Positions 10,026 to 18,741 of a DNA stretch of 64,000 nucleotides are shown piece by piece (the stretch's first letter is position 1; each line of letters starts with the position of its first letter). Origin of the DNA: an uncultured Lachnospiraceae bacterium (lineage in GTDB: Bacteria; Bacillota; Clostridia; Lachnospirales; Lachnospiraceae). The DNA is taken from the NCBI GenBank assembly GCA_947178145.1, contig CAMWXE010000008.1, positions 19,166 to 83,165 on the forward strand, in the 5' to 3' direction. The translations under genes and the position numbers were made by a program. The notes under the pieces were generated by a model. It was not told the DNA's origin. It saw only the letters and a list, made by a program, of their open reading frames with translations, and ran no database searches.

Positions 10026-10057
10026 GATAACTTCGGAGATTTATTTTCGAAGTTATC
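10026..10057 (+). terminator. hairpin after cas13a (possible terminator)
   Basis: GATAACTTCG...CGAAGTTATC 10-bp stem; no strong T tract. Confidence 0.5.
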
Positions 10058-10123
10058 TCCAAGTAAGTACGTGCGAATTTCTATAGTTGATGTTATTGGT
10101 ATATTTTTTGTGATAAATAAAAC

Positions 10124-10340
10124 TATTTTTTATCTAGGATGTTGACATAGATTTATGTTTTGTGAAAAAATTATATAAGATATGTGCGATACAAATATCG
10201 AACATAGCAGAACAAAATATGTCTAAATTGTGAAGAACACTAAAATAGTATTGAAAAACGTAATTTTCAGAATATTCTGTGAATTACTTGCAAAAATGCC
10301 CTCTGTAAGCCGTTAAAATTAAGGCTTTCAGAATGACAGG
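10124..10340 (+). promoter_or_regulatory. CRISPR leader 2 (duplicate of leader 1)
   Basis: Aligns by eye with 3186-3401; both end in AGAATGACAGG. Confidence 0.8.
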
Positions 10341-11036
10341 GTAGAAATGAAAGCAGCTCCGGATGGAGCATTGATACAGTTCCCGTCTTGCTTTTTCGTT
10401 TATTTTCATATTAGGTAGAAATGAAAGCAGCTCCGGATGGAGCATTGATACCTCAAAATATTCTCTTACACAGTTTGAGAACATGGATGTAGAAATGAAA
10501 GCAGCTCCGGATGGAGCATTGATACTAATTTGCAATAGAGCAGTTGCTTCTTTCGTGTTAATGTAGAAATGAAAGCAGCTCCGTATGGAGCATTGATACA
10601 GCAGATCTCATTGTGAAGTCAGTATACATACTGTCGGTAGAAATGAAAGCAGCTCCGGATGGAGCATTGATACAAACATATGACGAGCATCATTTCCGAA
10701 GTTGGTTCGTAGAAATGAAAGCAGCTCCGGATGGAGCATTGATACAAAATCAGTTTAAATTCATACACAAGTCCACACCACGGTAGAAATGAAAGCAGCT
10801 CCGGATGGAGCATTGATACATGAGTCGTCTGACTTTGACTTGGCTGAGATGTTACCGTAGAAATGAAAGCAGCTTCGGATGAAGCATTGATACTGATACA
10901 TGAATAAGTAGTTTCCGTCAAGGCGATATGTAGAAATGAAAGCAGCTCTAGATGGAGCATTAACACTAATAACGGTCAAAGTGTACTCTGTTTTTTAGCG
11001 TAGAAATGAAAGCAGTTTGGGATGGAATATTTATGT
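10341..11036 (+). CRISPR. CRISPR array 2: 10 repeats (last degenerate), 9 spacers
   Basis: Repeat GTAGAAATGAAAGCAGCTCCGGATGGAGCATTGATAC at 10341, 10415, 10489, 10563, 10637, 10709, 10783, 10857, 10930, degenerate at 11000; spacers 33-37 nt. Confidence 0.98.
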
Positions 11037-11138
11037 GTTTTTTTATCTGAAACTGCTTTCTTTCCCTTAACAGGGAAAACTGATTAATTGCAATATTCAG
11101 AAGTTAGAAGTGTTTATAGGACAATAAAATATCAGAAT

Positions 11139-11184
11139 AAAAGGCAGATATGTGTGTATTTCAAATACATGTATTTGCCTTTTT
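11139..11184 (+). terminator. intrinsic terminator after array 2
   Basis: AAAAGGCAGATAT...GTATTTGCCTTTTT hairpin plus T tract. Confidence 0.7.
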
Positions 11185-11290
11185 GAATTGAATTTTACAT
11201 AGAATAAAAAATAAAATTAATCTCTGCTAAAGTAATATAAAGAAACATTAGGCATCTAATATATTTAAATACATTTAGGAGGATTGATAT

Positions 11291-12001
11291 ATGGATACGG
11301 AACTAGTAGCAAATGAACAGTGGCGTGCATATTCTGCCCTAGCAACAGGCATGCACCATGAAAAAGAGGAATTATTGTGCCAGGACAGGGTGTGCTACCG
11401 TGTGTCAGAAACGGGACGAATTATTGCTTTGGCAGATGGAATCAGCCAGGAGGATCTTAATATCATTGGAGTGGAAAAAGTATTGGAAAAACTTTGTACA
11501 CTATTTCTAAGGCAAGATATTGATATTATAAATGGAACAAAAGATGACATAAAGCGGGTGGTAGCCATGACTGTGCAGAGAGAGATCGAACGGCTTGCGA
11601 AGGAATATAATGTAAATGTATCTGTGTTTGCATCTACATTGCTGTTGTTTTATATAGATATACAGAATAAATACTATTGTGCAGTCCATCTGGGAGATGG
11701 TATAATCATATATAAACAGGGGAAGGAGTATGGGATACTGTCTTATCCGGAAAACGGACCGGCAAAAAACCAGACCTGTCTGACCACATCTCCGTATGCA
11801 TATCAGTATCTGAAGGTGATGAGAGGTGCGGCGGACGGAATTTCGGAGGCGGGATTGTTGTCCGATGGAACTTATGAATTTCCGATATCGTTGCCCGATG
11901 CAGTCAGTGTTTTGAACAGGGTGGCAGAATCCCCCTATAATTTGGTACAAAAGATGGATGACCAGAGTGTTATCCTGTTGAGAAAGGAGCAGGTGTCATG
12001 A
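11291..12001 (+). CDS. PP2C-family Ser/Thr protein phosphatase (PP2C_2 / TerY-P-like)
   Basis: TGMHH...CQD, IALADG, ASTLL, HLGDG, PENG..NQT, LLSDG, MDDQSVI; AGGAGG RBS. Confidence 0.88.
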   Translation: MDTELVANEQWRAYSALATGMHHEKEELLCQDRVCYRVSETGRIIALADGISQEDLNIIGVEKVLEKLCTLFLRQDIDIINGTKDDIKRVVAMTVQREIERLAKEYNVNVSVFASTLLLFYIDIQNKYYCAVHLGDGIIIYKQGKEYGILSYPENGPAKNQTCLTTSPYAYQYLKVMRGAADGISEAGLLSDGTYEFPISLPDAVSVLNRVAESPYNLVQKMDDQSVILLRKEQVS

Positions 12002-14841
12002 ATGTCAACAGACAAAAGCAATTGTCAGAGATGTGGAAACACAATATGCAGGAGATTGATGATACGATGGTTTCCAGTGGAGAAACGAGATATTATGAGC
12101 GCATGAGAAGCGAGTGGACAAGGATGGTCGAGAAGCTCGGTGAACCATTTTCCATGGATGATTTAACCCAGATAAAGTTTACGCAGCGCAAATTCTGTAA
12201 GGAGCCCAACAGAACGTTTATTTTGAAGGAGATGATTACATATTTACAAAAGAAAGGATATATCAAAGCACAGGAAATGGAGCAGCTGAAGCGTGATGTC
12301 GCCATTATGCCAGACGAAATACACTTCCAGTCCAATCAAAGCAGGGACTTATTTACCAGGGTTGTTAAGAAAGTCCAGCAGGAATTTTCGGACAATAAGC
12401 TGCCAGAAGAGTTTCAGGACGAAGAGTATATCAGGGGGGTGTTTTATAAGTTAAATGAAAGAAAGTTGTTGGAATCCATGGCATTTGGGCTCAGTATGAC
12501 CGTGGAGGATATAAATTTCTTTTTAATAAAAATTTTTCACAATAAAGGATTGGATGACAATATTCCTGATGAATTTTTGCTGTCTATTGTGCTCCAGGGT
12601 GAGCCGGCAGAGAATGTTTCACGCTACCAGCAGTTTATGGCATTGAAGAAATATTATGCTGTCATGGAAAGTGATCCTATGGAAATAAGATCAGATGAAA
12701 CTGTTGATGTCCGGGGAATGCAATTGTTCCGAGGGGAACAGTGTACGGATGAAACCATCAATCCAGATTTGCGCAGGATATTGCAAGGGTATGACAGGCG
12801 GCATATGAGGATCAACCAATTGGTCAAAGAGTTTCAGGAGATTCCGGCATACCAATATGTTATCCGCTACCTGTTTAGCAAGATGGATTTCAGCGATATG
12901 GCGGTTGAGCCGGAGATGTTTTTTCAGGAGATCAGGCAAGACAGAATAGGGAAAGCAAGTTCAGGGCAGGAGGATTTTTCCGTGCTTGTCCACCGCGTTG
13001 ATTTTTCGGATGGCAGGGCTCTGGATTCTAGGGAAGCGTTTCAAGAAATGGTTCAGAGGGTACAGGAAAGATTTAGAGGGTGCGGGCTTCCAGATGATTT
13101 TTGTGGGGAAAGCTATATTGAGGACCTGATTCTGAATCTGGATGAGAAAAAGCTGCTGGAGTCCATGGTTTTTGGATTGGACATGACAGTTGAGATAGTA
13201 AACATTTTCCTGACAAAGGTATTGAAACGCTCGGAACTTGATTATTATGCTCCTGAAGAATATCTGTTGGCAATCGTATTAAATAACAGCAAGTATGATG
13301 ACAGGCTCCGATATCCCCAGTATATCAGTCTAAAAAAATATTATGAAGCCATGGAAGTTAATTTGGAAGAAAGCGTAATAGAGCCTGAAAATACCAGAAG
13401 TATTTTCGATGAGGCAGATATTAGTTTTGCAGAAAAAACAGAGTTATTTAAAGGTGCGGAGTGCACGGACGAAAGTATTCATCCCAAATTGAAAGAGATG
13501 TTGGCAAGGCATCATTTGATTAGGAAGAAGCTGCGCCAGGCAAAGAATGGTAAAACATTTGAATTTCGGACGGCAGACAAAGAGTTTTTTGACCTGATGG
13601 AAAAGGTACAGCGACGATATAGTGGGAAAATAAGCATGTATAAAGAGGTACAGGGCGAAATGGAGGATTCTGCGTTATTGAATCAACGAAAGTCAGCAGC
13701 CGGAATAGTGCGGATACAATATGAGCCTGACACAGAGATTAAATTGAAACGGGGTTGTAGGTTTTATGGATTGAGCCAAAAAGATCCTAAGAACCCCATT
13801 TGTTTTATACTGGATCAGGATGTGCTTTTGCCAGCCCGCAAAAGCATTAAACTGATATTGCCAGTCCGATCAATGACAGATAAGCCTGAGAAAGCAAAGA
13901 AAAAGGAATTTGTGGAAAATAAGGTTTTTCAGGTAAAGAATCATATTGAAGGCATTATATCCGCGAAGTCAGGCGATAAAAACAAACCGCATTATTATAA
14001 AGTAAGCGGGAAAAAGCCGGACAAGGGAACAATAGAGATAGAATGCAAGCCGGGAACAGTCATTGCAAAAGGCACACGTTTTACATATACTGAAAACGGT
14101 GACGTATATGAATATGAGAGTATTGAGGATGTGACTGCACATACTATTCATGATATAACAGTCTGCTGTAAGCTTCTTAATGAACATGGCAAGGTTGTGG
14201 ACGACTGGGTACGGGCAACTGAATATTTTATGGAGATTGGAAAGCGGAAAACAACCAATACGAACAACAAAAGTACAGTTTATTATACGTTGGCAGAGAC
14301 AAATACAGTATGCCATATGGAACCTGAGGTAGTTGGTGTTATAAAAGTATGGAATTCGAAGCCGATTAACTACGAACAGGAAAATGCAGCGGTTATAAAT
14401 TATCAAACCGATAAGTTTCTGCCGTTTTACCAATATATGTATGGTGCATATAAGACGGATTATTTCGACCAGATATTTGATGAGGTTGACGGAAGTCTTT
14501 TTGGCGGGTGGTTTACTTCGACAGAAATTACTTATAGTACAATGAACGAAGAACAGTTCAGCAAAAAGAAGAGCAGTAAAAAGAGAAATGATATACTGAC
14601 ACTCATATTTTTAATATATGTGAGAGAATGTGAGCTGAATAATGAACTGCCAAAATATCATAGGTTTCGAAAACAAGTTAATGAGACGATGCAGAAATGC
14701 CGTCTGCAAAGGTTATATTTGGGAAATCCGTATGACTGTCTGTTGGTCTATTTTTTGGTGTATGATTCGCCGGTGGATGTACTGCGTGAGATCTGGGCAG
14801 TTGTAAAAAATACGAAAGGGACAAAGCGAAGGGAGGCTTAA
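11998..14841 (+). CDS. uncharacterised 947-aa protein with duplicated helical module and baseplate-J-like beta insert
   Basis: ATGA overlap with the phosphatase; internal repeat KLLESM(A/V)FGL(S/D)MTVE; C-terminal LYLGNPYDCLL motif. Confidence 0.7.
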   Translation: MNVNRQKQLSEMWKHNMQEIDDTMVSSGETRYYERMRSEWTRMVEKLGEPFSMDDLTQIKFTQRKFCKEPNRTFILKEMITYLQKKGYIKAQEMEQLKRDVAIMPDEIHFQSNQSRDLFTRVVKKVQQEFSDNKLPEEFQDEEYIRGVFYKLNERKLLESMAFGLSMTVEDINFFLIKIFHNKGLDDNIPDEFLLSIVLQGEPAENVSRYQQFMALKKYYAVMESDPMEIRSDETVDVRGMQLFRGEQCTDETINPDLRRILQGYDRRHMRINQLVKEFQEIPAYQYVIRYLFSKMDFSDMAVEPEMFFQEIRQDRIGKASSGQEDFSVLVHRVDFSDGRALDSREAFQEMVQRVQERFRGCGLPDDFCGESYIEDLILNLDEKKLLESMVFGLDMTVEIVNIFLTKVLKRSELDYYAPEEYLLAIVLNNSKYDDRLRYPQYISLKKYYEAMEVNLEESVIEPENTRSIFDEADISFAEKTELFKGAECTDESIHPKLKEMLARHHLIRKKLRQAKNGKTFEFRTADKEFFDLMEKVQRRYSGKISMYKEVQGEMEDSALLNQRKSAAGIVRIQYEPDTEIKLKRGCRFYGLSQKDPKNPICFILDQDVLLPARKSIKLILPVRSMTDKPEKAKKKEFVENKVFQVKNHIEGIISAKSGDKNKPHYYKVSGKKPDKGTIEIECKPGTVIAKGTRFTYTENGDVYEYESIEDVTAHTIHDITVCCKLLNEHGKVVDDWVRATEYFMEIGKRKTTNTNNKSTVYYTLAETNTVCHMEPEVVGVIKVWNSKPINYEQENAAVINYQTDKFLPFYQYMYGAYKTDYFDQIFDEVDGSLFGGWFTSTEITYSTMNEEQFSKKKSSKKRNDILTLIFLIYVRECELNNELPKYHRFRKQVNETMQKCRLQRLYLGNPYDCLLVYFLVYDSPVDVLREIWAVVKNTKGTKRREA

Positions 14842-14845
14842 AGAA

Positions 14846-17800
14846 ATGGATATTAGGGAACCACTTTGGAAAGGTGCAATGCTGGGACTTGAGCCGAGAA
14901 TGCCTGAGATGGACGGGCAGTCCCGGATAAAAATACTGCAGGGCGAACCGAATAACATCGTAATAGAGAAGCAGATTGGATGGGGAAGTACCAGTATTGT
15001 ATATGAAGGCAGGATCAGCGGCGGGACGAGGGGCGGAACGCCTGTGATTGTAAAAGAGTTTTATCCGCAGCCGGAAAATGGTAATTTTTATGATGTTCAC
15101 AGGGAGGCTGATGGAAAGCTACGGATATCAAAGTTTGCTGATGGAAACAGTTCCTACCAGAAAAGGAAAGATCAGTTCTTGAAGTGCGCTGAGAAACAAA
15201 GAGCGTTGTCTCATGATGAAAATGTACGCGAGATTATTGTGCACTATGAGGGATTTTACCAATACGGTGACAGCTATTATATATTAAGCCAGGCACACAG
15301 CGGCCATGTCCTTCAGTTCGAACAATTCCGCTTCCTGACAGATAAATTAGAGATCATGAAAGATGTGGCGGATATGATCAGTGTTCTGCACTGCAGTAAC
15401 TATCTGTTCATGGATCTATGTCCCCAAAATCTGCTGTGGGTTAATGTGAGTGATGCCAGGCACCTGATGAAGCTGTTTGATGCAGACAGCATATTGGATT
15501 TAACGAATATTACGAATATCCAGCGGAGTGACTTTTATTTACCAGGCAGATATGATTCATATGATGCGCCGGAGATGCGTGAATTGTTGAATGAGCCTGC
15601 GGATGAATTTGAGACAATGAAAGGATATACCCTTAATACGGCCATGAACATTTATAATATGGGCATTCTGTTTTTTGAAATCCTATTTGAACGGCTGCCC
15701 CTGCAGGAAGAGCTGAATTTTGGCGATAATGCCGAAGTGGGGTTGGTTCGGGAATTTACCAACAGATATCAGAATAGTTTGTACGGATTGGAAGATGTCA
15801 TCAGCCAAAACGTGATTCATATGCTAAAGACTGCATTATCCGAAAACCCTGAGAAAAGAATGACAGCGGGAAAACTGTCAGCGGCAGTGAAACACATTAT
15901 GGAAAAAATAGAGAGCGTATCCGTGATTGCCCAGGCGCGTAGGGAAATAACAGAGGCGAGTCGGGCGCAGTTGTTAGAGACAATCGGCACAAAGACAAGA
16001 ATTATTGCCTTTGACGAGTCAGGTCAGTTTGACAGCGCGAATCCTGAGATTTGTTTTATTGGAGGATTTACGGGGGATTTTCATGATGCCGATGCGGAGC
16101 GGAAAGCACTGGAGGAACTGCTGCGCGATGCCTGTGTACGGTTCAACAGGGAAAAGCTTATGGAATTGCCGATTGAAGTGCGTTATCCCGGCAGCCTGCA
16201 TGGTTCAGGGAGTCCGTTTTTTAAGAAAAAACTTAAAGATGATAAGGCGTCAGCGCCGGAGCGGAAGCCGTTGGAAGGGAAGGAAAGAAACAAGTATTTT
16301 AAATTGGAAAAGGAATTTAAGAACGAATATCTTGAAAAGGCGGTGGTAGAATACCTTGAGCAAAAGAAGTATCGGTTGTTTGTGTTTATGAATATCCCGA
16401 AAGAAAATCGGGGCGATACTGACCCAAATATCAGCAGGTCGAACCTGACGGATATGGAGAGGGGATCGAACCTGTATGAGAGAATGGCGATACTGACGCT
16501 ATATGATTATGTGTTTTCCACGGAGCATGATGTGGACAATTACCGCTTTGAGCTTCCCACAAGGACGCTTGACGCTGTGGGGGATGAGGATTTATATAGT
16601 GTGTATGCGAATAACAGGGGAGATGTGAAAAAAAGCATTACAAACACAAGTACCTATAAGACTGCAATGTCTGTGATGCTTTTTGAGAAAAACAAGGATA
16701 TACAGAAGCTGGATACAAATTATGTGTTTAACGTCAGTCCGATCAACTATTTTGACGCCCGGAAGGAAACTACGCCGTTTTTGTATGCTGCAGATATTGT
16801 CTGCCGGTATATCAGAGAGCAGATTGAACTTGCAGACAGGGATGGCGCAGGCTGGAAGGCGGATAAAGATGGTTTCCTGGCGCATCTGCACGGGATAAGC
16901 AAGGCGGATATACACATATATGGCGCATGTGAGGATTTGTATAGAACGATGGTGGATAAAGTAAAACGGGTGGATATCGGGGAATATTACGCGCTCTGTT
17001 ACGACTTGGAGCATACAGATGAGCCGTATCGGAAATTTTATATGGAATATTGGTTTCCAAGAGTGGAGCAGTTTCTTTCTGCCTGTTTGCAGACGGAGCA
17101 GTTTTCTGATCAGTTCAAAGACCGAATACCGGAGTACATCGCTTATATGGAAATGTTCATGGGGAAAAAAGATCTGCATTATGAAAAAGGGATGTATATT
17201 GCAGAGCACATGGAGAAATACATTTTATCATTAAGGAAGTATAATAACAGAAATGCTGCTCTGTTTGACATATATGATATCATACTGCGTGGATATAATC
17301 ACCGGGGAGCCTTGGATCAGGTGAGGGAATATATTACAAAGTGCGAAACTTACAAAAACTATGTAGAGATGCCAAAATATATTGAGCATATTCCAAGGGT
17401 TATGCAGATGCATTTTAATTCATTGGATTATGAGGCTGCACTTGAAATTGGCAATAAGTTTGAAGAAGGAGCAAAAAAGCTAAAAAAGGCGTATGAATCG
17501 TTTTATAAAGTATCAAATGAATTTGTTCTTGAGGTGACAGGAGGAGAGGGAAATGTCTCGAAGCAGCTACCGATTCGTTTTGTAGGGAAGATATACAGCA
17601 GTATTGGTCAGGCATATGCCTTTATGGGAATAGGTTATTACAATAAAAGTAAAAACTATTTCGAAAAGGCACTGGCGGAATTTGATAATCACTCGGCAGA
17701 TTACAGTATAACATTGAGCTATTATCTGCATCTGATGATAGCTAATAATAAGGAGAAAGCTTATAAGGAACATGCAGGAAGGTACTTTGAAAGCGATGAC

Positions 17801-18283
17801 CTATATCAGCAGATGGATAATGCGTTGAAAGATGATTATAAATTGTTCGTATTTGTTAAGGCATTTAATGCTTTCTATGTGAGCGACAAGGCTAACTGGG
17901 ATATTTTCGATGAACTGCTGAATCGGATCAAATTGTTAGACAGTCGTGATAAGGCGCACCCATGGGAATTAATATACAAAAATTTGTATGAATGCATTCT
18001 TAAGCAGCACAGAGATATGCTTGAGTACAGGGCTATTCGTGCAAATGCCCTAAGTTGTGTAAGGAATGCGGAGTATACAATTAAAATGATACAGATCCAC
18101 TCCAAGTTTGTGTTTGCGGAATTGGAGAATAGAGAGAAATTTGAAGCGTGTGATTTGGAGGAGTTACTGGATGACGATGATATAGATCTGTGTGAAAAAG
18201 TGATAGGGAAAGTACGCGATATGACACCCACAGAGTTAAAGAAAGTGCTTGACGGTAAAATGAACTATTATATGTATAACTGA
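14846..18283 (+). CDS. Ser/Thr kinase - RNase H-like (DUF3800-type) - TPR fusion protein
   Basis: IGWGSTSIVY, VIVKEFYP, MDLCPQN, LFDADS, YDAPE kinase motifs; IIAFDESG...FLYAADIVC; helical TPR-like C-terminus (GKIYSSIGQAYAFMG...YFEKAL). Confidence 0.78.
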   Translation: MDIREPLWKGAMLGLEPRMPEMDGQSRIKILQGEPNNIVIEKQIGWGSTSIVYEGRISGGTRGGTPVIVKEFYPQPENGNFYDVHREADGKLRISKFADGNSSYQKRKDQFLKCAEKQRALSHDENVREIIVHYEGFYQYGDSYYILSQAHSGHVLQFEQFRFLTDKLEIMKDVADMISVLHCSNYLFMDLCPQNLLWVNVSDARHLMKLFDADSILDLTNITNIQRSDFYLPGRYDSYDAPEMRELLNEPADEFETMKGYTLNTAMNIYNMGILFFEILFERLPLQEELNFGDNAEVGLVREFTNRYQNSLYGLEDVISQNVIHMLKTALSENPEKRMTAGKLSAAVKHIMEKIESVSVIAQARREITEASRAQLLETIGTKTRIIAFDESGQFDSANPEICFIGGFTGDFHDADAERKALEELLRDACVRFNREKLMELPIEVRYPGSLHGSGSPFFKKKLKDDKASAPERKPLEGKERNKYFKLEKEFKNEYLEKAVVEYLEQKKYRLFVFMNIPKENRGDTDPNISRSNLTDMERGSNLYERMAILTLYDYVFSTEHDVDNYRFELPTRTLDAVGDEDLYSVYANNRGDVKKSITNTSTYKTAMSVMLFEKNKDIQKLDTNYVFNVSPINYFDARKETTPFLYAADIVCRYIREQIELADRDGAGWKADKDGFLAHLHGISKADIHIYGACEDLYRTMVDKVKRVDIGEYYALCYDLEHTDEPYRKFYMEYWFPRVEQFLSACLQTEQFSDQFKDRIPEYIAYMEMFMGKKDLHYEKGMYIAEHMEKYILSLRKYNNRNAALFDIYDIILRGYNHRGALDQVREYITKCETYKNYVEMPKYIEHIPRVMQMHFNSLDYEAALEIGNKFEEGAKKLKKAYESFYKVSNEFVLEVTGGEGNVSKQLPIRFVGKIYSSIGQAYAFMGIGYYNKSKNYFEKALAEFDNHSADYSITLSYYLHLMIANNKEKAYKEHAGRYFESDDLYQQMDNALKDDYKLFVFVKAFNAFYVSDKANWDIFDELLNRIKLLDSRDKAHPWELIYKNLYECILKQHRDMLEYRAIRANALSCVRNAEYTIKMIQIHSKFVFAELENREKFEACDLEELLDDDDIDLCEKVIGKVRDMTPTELKKVLDGKMNYYMYN

Positions 18284-18463
18284 TTAGAGATGATAGGATA
18301 AGGGCAGCATTGCAAAACAGAATGATTGTAAAACTATTACAGAATCGGAAAATAGGGAAGAAAGTATTCCTGTTTTCCGGTTTTTATTATGTACGCATTT
18401 TCGTAATTCTATCCAGCTAGAAATTAAAGTAGGGAACTACTTATCCCGTAACATTGCATCGTA

Positions 18464-18503
18464 AAAATTCCTAAATGATGCTATAGCATCATTTAGGAAT
18501 TTT
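18464..18503. repeat. perfect 40-bp palindrome at the island boundary
   Basis: AAAATTCCTAAATGATGCTA|TAGCATCATTTAGGAATTTT. Confidence 0.95.
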
Positions 18504-18741
18504 GCTTGGTATTGGCACGAAACAGGTAGTTTCATACTTCAATTTGCAAACTGATGTATTTTTAACAGGAACACAATTTAATAGAGAAAATAAAAATTTG
18601 ATGATAAAGTGGCAATCAAAATGGAAAAAGTACAGATAATATATACATGGATTTTATGTAGTGTATCTGTTATAATGGACATGTTTCGTCATATGAGTAA
18701 GAATACAGATTAAGTAAGATAGAGATGACAGGGAGGAATGT

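Noticed and set aside
10894-10899. TGATAC at the start of a spacer duplicating the repeat end
   Set aside because: Six nt; spacer length is normal and it fits the antisense reading frame, so likely chance
10284-10979. Short minus-strand ORFs over array 2
   Set aside because: Translations of CRISPR repeats
3402-11036. Self-targeting or shared spacers
   Set aside because: No match noticed by eye within the window or between arrays; not computationally excluded
18284-18741. tRNA, integrase or att site at the island boundary
   Set aside because: No cloverleaf, recombinase ORF or flanking direct repeat recognised
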